A DNA stretch of 64,000 bases from Bispira polyomma (GCA_965649765.1 OZ287749.1:1550001-1614000); one strand, 5' to 3'; counted from the first letter of the stretch, positions 49,010 through 62,658 are shown. Numbers and translations are program-made. The notes: generated by a model not told the origin, from the letters alone.

Positions 49010-49253
49010 TTAACCCTTTTGACTCCAAGAGAAAACTATCACCGGAAACCGAAGGCAATTAATAGGTTACAGATAACTGGAGTCACTAAAACACACACAC
49101 AGACTACTTCTGGCATTCAATAACGGCCTCGTGTATATTTTTTATAATTTACTATTGCGAGGAACTAAAGGCAAATTAATAAATATTTTGGGGGTGTCGA
49201 CTGCTTGCCAAAAAAACAAGTAAAAAAGGGAGTAAAAAGGTTCAAAAGGGTTA
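49010..49253 (+). mobile_element. piggyBac-like MITE (copy 2; partial third copy ~48500-48645)
   Basis: TTAA-CCCTTTTGACTCC ... GGAGTAAAAAGG / TCAAAAGGG-TTA termini. Homologous to 6289-6521. Confidence 0.6.
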
Positions 49254-49400
49254 TTTTTATATAACTAGCAAAGCAATTTTCAATAGATCTGAGAGACATA
49301 TGATGCAATTATACAATAAAGTATGATATATGCAAACTAAAACTAGCTCACACAATTAGGGAAACAATCTACCCTCTAAAATACAAGTGTAATAAACTGC

Positions 49401-51281
49401 TTAAGTAGGACAGAAACTGACTCTTCTCTGCACTGTGAATCCACCGTTCTTATATGTAAAGACTTTTAGCGTCCGTTCTTCATCGGCAACTACCAGTTGA
49501 CCTTTGTTGTCCACAGCGATACATGATGGACCCATTCTTAAACCCAGGTCACACGAGAGGAGAGACCGCAGGCATTTACCACATGAGTCTAACATGTAGA
49601 CCCTACAGTTGTACAGATCGCTGACAAAGATATAGCCGTTCTGGTCGGCACAGAGAGAATTCGGATAGAACGGTCGGGGTGTTGTACAGGAAGGCTTGAA
49701 ATCCCACTTGTGTTGTCCGAGGCTAGTAAGAGCAATCACGGACTGTCTGATGTCATCACCAAGTAGAATATCCGATGTAAGAGGGTTTGTGGCGATGCTA
49801 ACTGGACTGGAAAAAGCCCTGTTGCTATGGCAACCATTGAATACTGCACAGGTAGGAATGCTGTAAAGAAATGCTGTGTTTTTCTCGTCGTGAACAGAGA
49901 TCCGGGCACTCTGGTGATTCACGACAAAGATATGATCGTTCTGGTGACATGTCACAGCGGCTAAGTTAGAGAATGAGTCATCCTCTATAGTCTTTAGATG
50001 CTGTCCTTTTGTACTGAAGACGTGAACACTATTGAGAAGCTTATCCATGATCACAACATTGCCATTCTTGTTCAGACAGAGAGCAATGGGGCTCTTTAAC
50101 AGACAACCTCCCTTGTTGCCAATCTTTCTTTTGAGACGACCCCTCTGATCCACTACATACACCTGTTTGGTGTCTACTACAATCATCTCTCCCTTGTCTG
50201 TCACAACCATATCTGATATCCACTTGTTTTGGATGTAATCCAGTTTCAATGTAGTCTTTAAGGTCACCTGACTGTCTGGTAGTGAAGTCTTATTGAACTG
50301 TGAAGAAAACTCTGTATTCGGAGCGAGCGAAAACCTGGCTACCGACTTTCTGATTTCCTCCTGCGACATGGTCATTTGTGAATCAGGAATGGCTACTTTG
50401 TGTCTTTTTTTCACTGCCCCAAACAACTGGATACTCTGCTGTAGTCCTTCCTTCTGCCTATCACTCAATGTCAGCTGACCTCCTGGTTGACTAGCATTTT
50501 GGTAAGCATGTCCTGCTTGGTCTCTGGCAACAGAATGACCTTGAATCAGATTTTCAGTTTCAATTTGCAACAGCCGTCTTGGGCGAGTGACTCGCGAACA
50601 TTGACACATGCGAGGATCTTTCAGAAGACGCTTACACTTTTCGCAGTCCGAATTTACTGTTTCAAAGTAACACCTGTTCTGGAAGGATGGGCTTCCAATA
50701 CTTTGCTGTACTATGTCGTCTATATAATCGCACTTTGCATAGGTCAATGGAGGAGGATTCTGAGGAATTGGCTTCTTCTTTCGAAATGACAGTCTTAAGT
50801 TTCTTAAGTCAAATCCAAATTGCTTGGAACATTTTGGCACAGTATGTTTACTTGTTTTGTCATTGCACGTTGTAGTTTGCTGATGCTGCCATGTGGGATT
50901 GTTGTGCAGAAGTTTAGGCTGTTGAAAGACAGTTTCTGGATCTTCGCTCAATGTATGCAAACTCGAGAAGGATTTGGAACGTGGAAGGCTGTTGCGCCCA
51001 GTAGAGCCGTCAATTATTTCTGGACATTCCGCCCTTCGTGACATATTCTGAGAATTCCCCAAATAACCGGACTCAAATCCGGCTACTAACCTGTGACCTC
51101 CCGAAATTTTCATTGTCTGGATCTTTTCTGGAGTAACATCCGGAGAAGGAAGTGTTCTTTCTGTGATCCCGTTTTCCAGTGCCTTAAACACTCTAGCCTC
51201 ATGCTTGAGCATTTTAGTAATTTCAATGGCACCATCTGGGCGATAATTGGTGCTTTGAGTGGGATTTCTCCGTAAAGACAT
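49401..51281 (-). CDS. NHL-repeat beta-propeller protein (TRIM2/3-, brat-, lin-41-like C-terminus; no RING or B-box seen), single coding exon, ~626 aa
   Basis: Uninterrupted 1.9 kb ORF. NHL-like repeats: SPIALCLNKNGNVVIMD, SPVSIATN...ILLGD, YPNSLCADQNGYIFVSDLYNCRVYML, GPSCIAVDNKGQLVVAD. The ATG at 51281 has a GCAAAATG context. Confidence 0.85.
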   Translation of the reverse strand: MSLRRNPTQSTNYRPDGAIEITKMLKHEARVFKALENGITERTLPSPDVTPEKIQTMKISGGHRLVAGFESGYLGNSQNMSRRAECPEIIDGSTGRNSLPRSKSFSSLHTLSEDPETVFQQPKLLHNNPTWQHQQTTTCNDKTSKHTVPKCSKQFGFDLRNLRLSFRKKKPIPQNPPPLTYAKCDYIDDIVQQSIGSPSFQNRCYFETVNSDCEKCKRLLKDPRMCQCSRVTRPRRLLQIETENLIQGHSVARDQAGHAYQNASQPGGQLTLSDRQKEGLQQSIQLFGAVKKRHKVAIPDSQMTMSQEEIRKSVARFSLAPNTEFSSQFNKTSLPDSQVTLKTTLKLDYIQNKWISDMVVTDKGEMIVVDTKQVYVVDQRGRLKRKIGNKGGCLLKSPIALCLNKNGNVVIMDKLLNSVHVFSTKGQHLKTIEDDSFSNLAAVTCHQNDHIFVVNHQSARISVHDEKNTAFLYSIPTCAVFNGCHSNRAFSSPVSIATNPLTSDILLGDDIRQSVIALTSLGQHKWDFKPSCTTPRPFYPNSLCADQNGYIFVSDLYNCRVYMLDSCGKCLRSLLSCDLGLRMGPSCIAVDNKGQLVVADEERTLKVFTYKNGGFTVQRRVSFCPT

Positions 51282-54200
51282 TTTGCCAACAACAACAAAA
51301 ATGAGTGTCAAATCTAAAATAAATCTCGCCAATATGGTTTCTGGTGTAATCACATAACGGATTAGTTGATCCAATAGGTGGCCATTTAGTAATACTACAG
51401 TGAAATGCCTATATAAATCAAGTCCTGCTCGCAATAAAACCATGCTTTTGTCATATTGTTTGGCTGATCTTATGTACAAACCATATCCATTCTGTTCATG
51501 GGATAGTTTTCCAGGAAGTTTATTCCTTCTGTTTTAATCCATTTTCTTTTTAATTTCAAGTGCATACAATTCCTCTGTTTGTCTCCACACTTTTATTTTT
51601 GCACAATTTGCACATATTCTGTATTATATCCACATTTTGCACAATTTGCACATAGTCTGTATTATATCCACATTTTGCACGGCTTGTGTTTACTAAACTT
51701 ATATGTGTATCTATTTCCTTGTGTATATACTTATGTATACGCGTTACATAAGTATAGCCTCCTCTTTGAGTACAAAGAACTAAAACAGTAACCATGCCAA
51801 TTGAATTATTCTACAAGACCCATATCAAATTTAGATTTATTCAATACATCCTGAAATTTTAAATAACAAAAAAGCGTCATACGGTACAGATGCTATATAA
51901 GTTATAATATAAGTTTCCCATGTATAGAATGAGGGAAGACTATATATGTAGACTTATATAATGACTCTGTATACGCATCCAATATACATCTAGAGAGAGA
52001 GAATTTCTTGCACCTGAAATCTGCAAAATGTTTGTTTTACTAGAATGAAGTTCACACAATTTACCCCAGGTAATTTCTTACACTGTTCAAACAGAAGGCT
52101 GAATATTGCTTTATGTACCCAAGGCAAACATTCAAAGTGTTGTCTTATAACCGTTAAATCTGATACTCTGTGGTCTTAGATAGTTTCAAAAAGACAAGCC
52201 CAGCCTAGTTTAAGCTTTAAATAAGTCTAAATCAATCTATTTATTCAATCCATTTACTTTAAATGGGTTTTTATTCCTTTCTAGCAGAAATTTATATATA
52301 TATATATTGTTTAGCTTGCCATTTAATAGATTATGGTTTGTAACATCAATACAAAAATATTTAAAAACGCACATCGATTTTGCAGTTTAAGTTAAGGTTA
52401 ACTAATCTTCTCAAATCACTTTTTTCTGTTTAAGGAATGGCAGAATACTGACCCAGCCAATCATCCTTATCTACCTGTACTTCACTACTCCATCACTAGT
52501 TTGGAAAGTACCTTAAGTTTAAGACTTAAACTAATATATAAACAGAGGCAGGAAGATTTTTGGAAGTTACTTAAATAAAGCTGAAAAAGTGTCATATTAT
52601 AATCAACATAATTACACAATAATCAGTGCATCTATTATTTTATGAAAACAAAAGAATTAGCTCATAATCAGAGATACACAGAATATAAGGTGCAACCTTA
52701 GCTTAAGGATTACAAGCATCAATTACCATTGCACTATAAAAGGTGGGGAAGAGTAAACATAGAGATAATAAAACCACTTAATCAAATTTAATTTGTAGTA
52801 AGGGTCAGTATTTTTTTTTTTTTTTTTTTTTTACTGTGGGGAATGTTACTAAAGTTTGGATTTTATGGTCACCTTAAAAGTAGACGGTTATTAATGTTGA
52901 TAGATTTTATGTTAAAATTATGTTGTTTGATGTGTTTAACCCTTAAGATTAGGTTTCTGACAATTAAATTAAGCAGACGCTGATGGGATATAAAGAACAT
53001 AGAAAATATGGTGTAAATTATAGTTCTGTAGATTTGATCTGAAATGATATTCTTTAACATTTAAAGTTAATACTGTTCATGATATATATATATATATATG
53101 TTTAAAAGAGAGTGGTTATTGATAAGGTAATTCTTGAACCTGACAGAGTCATGGTCACCTTAAAGTAGATATGTACTGATGTTTATACTGTTTGGTTTTT
53201 GTTTCTAAATTTTGCCTTCCTCAATTAAGTTTCTATATAGTTTTAAACTAAAGCCGACCACTCAGGGGAAACATATTCAAACTCGGCAAAAGAATCTTGT
53301 AGATTTGGTGTGAAATGATATTTTTAAATCTATACATAGTGAACCCTTTCTATAAGATATATAATTGAAAGGGGAGGATACCGCACATAGAGTATTATTG
53401 ATAAGGTAATTATTGATTCTGACAATTTCATTACAAGACTTTTTTAAGCCCAAAAAATAAAGAACAACACCTACTTAAACAAGAGTGAGCCTTTTTTAAA
53501 GACACAGACGCACAGTATGAGAAACTGTTGGAAACCCGGGAGAGTTCCGAGTTTAAAAATCCACAAACTTCCAAAGTTTAGTATCCACCAACTGCTATGT
53601 GAAAAAAAACTCTTCCGTGAGGAATATAAAAAAAAAATACGTAAGAAAAAGTGAGAGCCATTTTGCTAGTTAAACATAAGCTAGTAAATAGATTATTGAA
53701 CACAAATATTGTACGATTCTACCTTATTCTATTTTAAGAAATACAACAAAATATTAATCTGACACCCATCAGTTTGGACCGGTCAATTGCTTCCAACCAA
53801 TCCATGAAGGCCTTACATATTATTTTTAACATGGGCGGGCAATAATAGTCTATGCCTGATATTTGACAATATAAATCAAACACCCCGCAGTTTGGACTGG
53901 TCTGTTGCTTCCAACCAATCCATGAATGACTTAGATATTATTTCCAAGATGGCTGTGCCCTTGTCAGAGTGAAAACAATATCAGCTAGCGCCTGATAAAA
54001 ATGATCTCCCAAATTGCCAGTTAAGTTTACACTCCTTCAATCTGAATAAAATGGTCTTATTACATCATACTATATATGTCCAACTATCATGTAGCATATG
54101 TGCGTGTGTGTGTGTGTATGTGTATATGTAAATTATTCTTCAAACAAAGAACTTGTTCACACATCCAAAAAGGTGATGTGTTATCTGTCCACACACGTTA

Positions 54201-54869
54201 CACCCGATTTATAGATGGTCCAATTTAATTGTGTACTTATAACTGGGAATTTTAAATGATGCCCATTTTTTTTTTTTTTTTTTTTTTTTTTGAGTCAACA
54301 CACATATAAGTATAGAGATTATTATCAGTGGGTGCATTTTAAATATACCTTGGTTAGTATATCTTGGTTATATATCAGTCTCCAATGTGTTGTTCGAAAT
54401 CCAATTTTAGACTCATTTTTGCAGGGAGTGTTATTTATAATGGCGAATAGAATTTGGTAATGTATCGACAAACAAAAATGCAATTAAAAAATATATTTCG
54501 GTTGAGCATTTAAAAACACATCATAATATAACAATAATTATTGCATATGTGAGGTTACTTTCTTAATGTCAACCAGAAAGTTCTGAAGTAATTTGTTCAA
54601 TTGGGACTGTCAATAAGTATTTGTCTTTCTTCGCCCATGTCTTTGCTGTACTTATTAGGTCTCCAGTCAAAAGAGGTCAACACATATTAACTGTACATGT
54701 TACACTCTCAATCTCTAAAATAACATATCTCACAACAAATGCCTCAAATTTTGAATAATTTTTCGTTTATATTTGTATTTTATTGTTTATATATTTGTTT
54801 TTATACAATTTTTACCATTTATAAAAACTTACTTTAGTGTTACTCCGCAAATCACATTGCAATCATATT

Positions 54870-55210
54870 GCAACTAATCAGGAGTGGTGTTCATTAAAGG
54901 GATTAAATTAGGGATTAAAATCAGATGAAATTTGAGAATTTCTTTTTAACTTTTTTTGTACTTATTAAGTTTCCATTCAAGAGAGGTCCACACATAATAA
55001 TTCCAACTAATCAGGAGTGGTATTCACTAAAGGGATTAAATCAAGGACAGGTTAAATTTGAGAATTTCTTTTTAACTTTTTTTATACTTATTAAGTTTCC
55101 ATTCAAGAGAGGTCCACACATAATAATTCCAACTAATCAGGAGTGGTATTCACTAAAGGGATTAAATCAAGGACAGGTTAAATTTGAGAATTTCTTTTTA
55201 ACTTTTTTGG
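54870..55210. repeat. 126-bp tandem duplication (~2.5 copies) containing a MITE terminus
   Basis: caactaatcaggagtggt.ttca.taaagggattaaa recurs at ~54871, 55004 and 55130. Confidence 0.85.
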
Positions 55211-55464
55211 ATCAGCCACTCCATAAAACATTTGATCCGTATTTTTTAAAATTAAATAATGGATAACCATTAATCCTGCCAACTTAGTGGATTAAATTTG
55301 GATCAGCACGGATCAAATATGGCTGACAGGAGATGTTTGAAGGAAAAAGAAGAACACAAAACCGATTAAATATTTGATATTTTCTAATCAAGTGATTGAA
55401 ACTTTTTCCTCAAATTTGATCTGGTTTTTGATCCGATACTGATCATTTTTTGTGAATACCGCCC
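55141..55464 (+). mobile_element. Harbinger/Tourist-like MITE
   Basis: Imperfect TIR GAGTGGTATTCAC ... GTGAATACCGCCC flanked by CAG on both sides. Confidence 0.5.
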
Positions 55465-55774
55465 CAGAACTCTACCACGGCTTGTTTTCTCCAGAAACAT
55501 ACTATGTATGAGCTCATTATGAATCCAGTAGAGAGTAGAATGATTTGTTGCCTTCACTGAAATGTCAGAGGACCAATTAGCCTTAAAATATATACAATGC
55601 CCTCATATATTATTTGAGACAAAATAACTTCAAAAACTCAAGAACCCACCGCCCCTGTCCCCCACCCCAATAAATAAATAAATTTGAAAATAACTTAAGC
55701 TCCACATCAATGAAGGCTGGACCTTTCTCTATACAGAAAGAACCTGGACTGGGACCATTCATTTTAGAATATAT

Positions 55775-56713
55775 CAAGATGTACATAGACTTAGCAAGAC
55801 GCACATAGACTTAGCAAGATGTACAAAGACTTAGCAAGATGTAGACAGACTCAGCAAGATGTAGATAGACGTAACAAGATGTACATAGACTTAGCAAGAT
55901 GTAGATAGACTTAGCAGATAGACTTAGCAAGATTAGATGTAGATAGACCTAGCAAGATGTATTTAGACTTAGCAAGATGTACTTAGACTTAGCAAAATGT
56001 ACATAGACTCAGCAAGATGTAGATAGACTTAGGAAGATGTAGATAGACTTAGCAAGATGTACTTAGACTTAGCAAGATGTAGATAGACTTAGCAAGATGT
56101 ACATAGACTTAGCAAGATGTATATAGACTTAGCAAGATGTAGATAGACTTAGCAAGATGTAGATAGACTTAGCAAGATGTACATACACTTAGCAAGATGT
56201 AGTTAGACTTAGCAAGATGTAGATAGACTTAGCAAGATGTAGATAGACTTAGCAAGATATAGATAGACTTAGGAAGATGTACATAGACTTAGCAAGATGT
56301 ACATAGACTCAGCAAGATGTACTTAGACTTAGCAAGATATACATAGACGTAGCAAGATGTAGATAGACTTAGCAAGATGTACATAGACTTAGCAAGATGT
56401 AGATAGACTTATCAAGATATACATAGACTTAGCAAGATGTACATAGACTTAGCAAGATGTACTTAGACTTAGCAAGATGTACATAGACTCAGCAAGTTGT
56501 AGATAGACTCCGCAAGATGCACAAAAACTCAACAAGATGCACAAAGACTCAACAAGATGTAGATAGACTTAGCAAGATGTAGATAGACTTAGCAACATGT
56601 AGATAGACTTAGCAAGATGTAGATAGACTTAGCAAGATGTACTTAGACTTAGCAAGATATAGATAGACTTAGCAAGATGTAGATAGACTTAGCAAGATGT
56701 ACATAGGCTTAGT
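55775..56713. repeat. 20-bp minisatellite, ~46 copies
   Basis: Unit gacttagcaagatgta(c/g)ata. Confidence 0.97.
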
Positions 56714-58755
56714 AACATTCATGACTTGTTATGTACAGGGGAAATTATATAGTAGAGTCTGTTTTATCCAACAGAAATTAATATGTTATAACAATATGTC
56801 TGCTACAGTTTATAGTTTGGATGTAGAACATTAAACTGACGTAACTTATTGTTATATTTTAGTATTACTTTGGGTACGAATTTCAGCCTTAGCCGGACTA
56901 AATTCCCACGTCACAAACTCACACATCCAATTAGTCCCACTGATAAGTATAGTATGGGTTCTTGAGAACAACGCTTTTCACTGAACACATTTTATTGGGT
57001 GCAAACTGTCAACACATGCTGTAATGTTATATTGAACGTAGAATTGCTTAATTAATCCCCGAATGGATGAAGACAAATATTCGAATTCGCCTGTATACAT
57101 ATATGTATGTAGCTTCCAATAAACTTTGTATAGAACTCTTTAATTTGCTCACGTGTATGTTAGCCCAGGGTTATTGTCATTGATAAAGACCAACATTTAG
57201 CAAACAATACCATTTGTAACCCGAAAGTTAAGTGGATATGTTTTCTTTGTTATTTCTCAATCAGAAAATAACAGCAAGTAAATATTCTCCATAATTCGTA
57301 AAATAGAACTGGGTCACAATGACCTCATTCAAGTAACTCAATATACATATATTGCTACGGGAGCCGAACTGGTCGGGCGATAATGTGAGGTAATATAAAC
57401 AGGATGTAGTGATCCTGGTGCCTATTTGTGAGGGGATATGAGAAGGCTAATTCGTGTGTAGCGCTTGCCCGTCTCTAACACCGAAGGGATCACTGTTGTA
57501 TTTCTATGAGCAATCTTTTGCACACAGAAAAAAATATTGCCACATCAGACTCGATGCAATGGCTTGCAATCTGAGAAAACTGTGAATTATGTAGAATTGG
57601 TTTTTCTTCTCGTTTCTCGGTGGAAATAGGGGAGGGCTAAAAAATACACAATTTACTCCTGAGGATGTGTAGCAAAGAAGAGATCTTTGTTTTTTTCATT
57701 GTGATGCAGCAAGTGAAACAAATCAGGATTTATATGAGAGGATATTACAAGTTATGTGAGTAGTGTTGATGTGGCTGTGATATTTATCTATCTATCAGAT
57801 ATATATATATAGCAGATAGACAGTATAGATAATATTCAAAAGTGGCTGTAGAATATTGGTGAATATATACTTTATGCATATATATCCTACATGGAAGATT
57901 AATTATTAACTTGCAGTGTGTTCGATTTTGTACAATAACAGAAGGCATTTACTCAATGTGTTACATCCGGGATTTCCCAATACACATCAAAACACGTGTA
58001 TATTGAGCCCCCTATATTTACTTGGTGGGGGAGAGGAAGTGGAGGGGGTTTAGTGCTTGTGGGGGTCTGTGAACCAAAGCTGGCTGTGTGAACTGGCATT
58101 ACTGTGATCAACTGCAGTTGGGTTGATATACTTTTTTCCTGGTGGAGCATTTTGTCTGTGTGTCCCTGTGTGTGATGAGTAGAATCTCAAATGGGAAATA
58201 TACTTGATTTTTCTTTTTCTGGATAAAATACAGTATTTTTGCAGAGGGACTGTGAATCTTCACATATATATCCACCAGAGTGGGAGCAGTATTGAATATA
58301 CCCTGTACCAATAAAGGCTATACTATTTGGTTACGGTTGTTTATATTTATTGGTATAATAAGCTAGTTGTTAGTATGATTTGGTTATGAAGAATAATATA
58401 AATACTAACAATTTTATTGCAAAAACAAATTCCATATAATAATGAATTTTTCAAAAAATGATACGTTTGTGAAGTATGCGAAGTATCCATCTTTCTCCTG
58501 AATAAAGAGAAATTCGAGTTTGATGATATCGAAATAAATAATTGAAACTGTGTACCAGATATTATCCAATTTATATTTTAATTTTAAAACGAGAAAGGAG
58601 AAATCAACAAAAACAAACCATCATTTGAACTGTGTAGTACCTTTTTTTAACCTTTTTGTGATTTTATCACATAGCAATCAGAAAAGCATCATTTAAAGTG
58701 TGTAGTACCGCATATCATCTTATATTGTGGTGTGTAAGCATAGCAATCACTAACC

Positions 58756-59253
58756 ATGAATGAGATCAATTACCCCACTGAATCGACTCAAGGGCCTTTC
58801 ATTGACTATTCGCACTCCTTTCGCTCCTACCGCTCCACAGGAGGCGAGCCTTTATCGTCTGGTCAGAGCCAAGTCCACCCTCTTCGGCGTAGGACACGGT
58901 TTGCTATCTTCTGCTGGAGCAGCGTGCTCATCTTCGCAGTCGGTTGCCTGACGGTTGGTGTCTTGGCCATCATTCTGCTGCCAGGATACGGAGTCGAGAC
59001 GGGGATTCCCCTTTTGATCGTCGGCGGTGCTTGTCTCGGCTCGAGTATATTCTGTTTCTACACGATTTTCTCCGTCCCAGAATGCCGTCTGCCCGAAGGC
59101 CACGTCTTTCCTGAGTCATCCCGTGGGGAGGATTTTGAGAAAGACACAAGTTACGTGGAGAGACACACTGACTCACGTACCTGTAGAAGAAGTCCTAGTG
59201 ATTCGCAAATAAGTGGTGAAAAACAATCATTAAAGTTTGAAGTACAATCTTAG
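58756..59253 (+). CDS. Small two-transmembrane protein of unknown function (165 aa)
   Basis: AACCATGA start. GC/CpG-rich coding-like island in AT-rich surroundings. Basic RRRTR then two hydrophobic helices (FAIFCWSSVLIFAVGCLTVGVLAIILL; GIPLLIVGGACLGSSIFCFYTIF) and polar tails. Confidence 0.75.
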   Translation: MNEINYPTESTQGPFIDYSHSFRSYRSTGGEPLSSGQSQVHPLRRRTRFAIFCWSSVLIFAVGCLTVGVLAIILLPGYGVETGIPLLIVGGACLGSSIFCFYTIFSVPECRLPEGHVFPESSRGEDFEKDTSYVERHTDSRTCRRSPSDSQISGEKQSLKFEVQS

Positions 59254-59699
59254 ATTTCGACATACAATTGACTTTATTCTACTGCTGAGAGAAGTGTTAG
59301 ACTTGTGTTTTGTAAATTATAATGAGGTGTGTTGTAATGTCAAGGCTGTATTTTGAAATATGATGTTGTATTTGTTGGTTGAATTTTAAATGTTTACTTA
59401 TTACTCCCAAGTAGATATATTTTAAAAATAAGTAAAATATATGAAAAATATTAGTATGGTGGTGTTTGTAACTATGTTCTTTTCTGATGAGGGATCTATG
59501 TGTATGAGCGTTTATGGAAAAATAGGTCTTGATTATGTTCTGTATCATTTATTGAGAATTTATTACTTATTAAGAATACAGTATGCATTATACAGGTATA
59601 TAGTTGGCTTGGTGGAGTAATGTGCATCTCTAATAGAAGTCACTGCCTTGTTTAAATGTCAAAAAAATCCAAATCAATAAGCAAAAGAATAGTCCTATA

Positions 59700-59990
59700 G
59701 AGGAAAAGGATTGTGATCAGTGTTCAGTCATGACCAGGAGACGACGGTTAAAGCGAGAAAGCGTGTTGACACAAATGTGTTTTGAGCTTTTTCCTGAAGG
59801 CTGTAATCCTTGTCTCGTTGCAAAAACTAGTAGGGAGACTATTCCACTCAGCAGGTGCTGCAACTCTAAACGATTTTGAACCAGCCTGATTTTTGGGGTC
59901 GGAAACCAAAAATGGAAAGATGATTCCCTCTGGTAAGATTGCTGGGAGACAACATAGACCATAAGTAGGCCTGCTGCTACACATGGACTG
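59700..59990 (-). mobile_element. L2/CR1 LINE 3' fragment
   Basis: AGSKSFRVAAPAEWNSLP...FRKKLKTHL. Confidence 0.8.
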
Positions 59991-61249
59991 TCTTTCTAGT
60001 GTTACATAAAGATTTGATTTTCAGTCATCGTCTGAGGCACATATCCTAATTAAGGCCCAGAATGTAAATAGTCCTACAACAGGTATTGATTGTCATCGCC
60101 AGGCATTGGGTTGTTCAGATTTTGCCCATTATGGTATTGCCGGTATCGTTGAACCAGAGATATTTTGATCACCAGATCAACACCCCTTTGGGATTCAAAC
60201 CAGGAACCTTCTAATCACTAAGCCATAGCATACTATAGGGGATAAATTGAACACGTATGATAAAAGTTATTGAGCATAGTGATGTTTTGTGTAGATTTAT
60301 AAAGTGTCAAAGGTTGTTCGGAAAGGTTATGTCTGCATGGAAAGTTGTCATTATATTAGTTATGAAACTTCAGCAAGATGTTGATTAAATATTTCCAATT
60401 GCTACTGTGGCTTGTTAGTAATAAAGTGACTACTTTTGGGGTATTTCTCTGAGCCAAAAGTTATACATTTAAAATCATGGTTTAAAAAGGCTTCACCAAA
60501 AACATTTATCAAAAAAAAACCATCAAACTATTCACAAAAGGTCCTCGTCTTAACTTAGTCTAAAGCTTGACATTCATGTCTAAAATATTTACGACTGTCG
60601 GCTGTTATTTTTAGCGTCTTGTGCAAAGTTAACACTAAGAAAATCCATTTTCTTACTGCATATGGGATTAAGACCAACATATTTGGGGCCAAAATCCAAG
60701 ACCAAAATCTTAAGTTCAAGACTAAGGCCTGGCGTTTTAGAGATGAACCATTGAGTGTTGTATACTAATGATCTCCGAGATACATTCTTTCAACAGTAGA
60801 TCACCAGACTGAAGACCCGATCATGCAGCAGCTGTATTAACCTAATGCCAGAGCTATCTGTGATCTAGTGTACTTTCTGTGCTAAATATACGACAGTGGC
60901 TAAACTGGTTCCCTTTAACAATACAGCACTCAAAATATGACTAGGTATTAAACATTTTATAGTTAAATGTTCTTTTATGGGGTTCCTATTGATGAGCTGA
61001 GAAAACACAGGTCAAAAGTTATAAAATGTTGGCATTCTATTGGCCCTATCATGTGAAACAGTTTATCTCATTGTATTAGTACAGCTCCTACCTGACATTC
61101 CTTTTACCACCGATTAAACACACACTTGTCTAATGATACGTTGCCACCACAGCTGTCTCCCTGGTGTCGGATGACCTTTTGGTGTTGACTTTTTTCATTT
61201 AATCATTCATGATTTTTGGACTATCATTAGTAATTAATCTAACACCTTG

Positions 61250-61746
61250 TAGGGATGCCACGGCTGCAAAAATGTTAGGTCAGATAGTCACCTAGTTATT
61301 CGTAGGCTAGTTATTTGTATCGGCCCAACATAGTCGTCAAACATTTTAAAATGTAGGTTTTTCTACATGTGACTAACTGATAAAATAGTATAACTAGAAA
61401 TAAGTAAAATAATAGTTAAATATATACGTTTTCCAATTTTTTTATTTTATGGTCCGTCATTGATACATGCAACAAAACAAGAAGTCCGCCATTTTAGTAA
61501 AAATTTGCATTTCTTGTTTTATGTTAAGAAGTAAACAAAGCAAACAGTGGCTGAATTTTCATTTTATTTTCTATTTAGTATATATTTTATTACTGAATAA
61601 GTGATATGAGCAGAGAGATAATCTGATTATTTGAAATATTTTGCTATTTTTATATTTTGAGCGATCATTCGTTCACATAAATTTTGGACCGTTAGTTATC
61701 TCTATACCTGTCCCCGCCGAATAGCCGGCTAGTTGTGACTTCCCTA
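61250..61746. mobile_element. hAT-like MITE
   Basis: Imperfect TIR TAGGGATGCCAC ... GTGACTTCCCTA. Degenerate 8-bp TSD acaccttg / gcaccttc (6/8). Confidence 0.6.
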
Positions 61747-62658
61747 GCACCTTCTAAGCTGATTACTTAGATTACACTAAAAATAAGTGCTAGAGAATAA
61801 CAAGTTTGTCTAAAACATTAGAGGTATGTCTTGTGCTAACTGTAGGGTAATGACACAATGATTATGACCACTTTCACTGATTGCAGGATAATGACACTTT
61901 TCCTTAACTAGAGGTCTTCAATGGAACTGAAACAGCTATCTTTGGCCAAACAAAGGAAATCAGTGGTTTTATCAGAACAAAGTTACTTTATTAAGAACAA
62001 AGTAACATAAAGAGGCCTTGTGTTGTCACACTGATAGGCTACCATTTGTTCAAGAGTGGTATTTAATTGATCCTTTTACATTAATCATGGCTTGCTTCAA
62101 TGATCGAATAACCAGGTTTTTCCAGCACTTATTCTGGAACAACGTTCTCATTAGAATCGGGTTTCAAACCTATTTCTGTCATCCATATCTAAGACAGACT
62201 GTGATTAGCTTGGTGGTCTACTATGATTAGTAATCATCTTCTCCAATGGCTAAATTGGCATCTTATCAATTTATTTACCTGTTTACAGAAGGACTTTAAT
62301 GCCCCTAGGAACCCATGATGGTTCTCTAATTACCTGTTCTTATATTCTGCATACAATGTTTCAACTGACTGGAGTGTTTATCTACAGCCTCCAGGCATTT
62401 AACCTGTCACCGCCCTCTTTAGTTGGTTTGAAACTGGTTTTTCAACATTGTGTATTTTTGAATGTACATACTTCTGTCAAAAATATCATTGGTTTAATCT
62501 GTTTTAGTTGCGATCCTTAAGTAATGTAAGTTTTTCATTCTAAATTTCCCCTGTAGTATGAAGTCTCTGTTCATTGGAAAGACTACAGAAGTAGTGGCTA
62601 ATTTTGGTCTGTTATCTTTCCAGAATCACAAACACCTGGAAGTGTTATAAGTGAGCCA

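Noticed and set aside
51282-51479. N-terminal 66 codons of the 692-aa ORF
   Set aside because: It starts at TTG, and the first ATG within it has a weak context. The ATG at 51281 has a typical invertebrate AAAATG context, so this stretch is treated as probable UTR, though it is not excluded.
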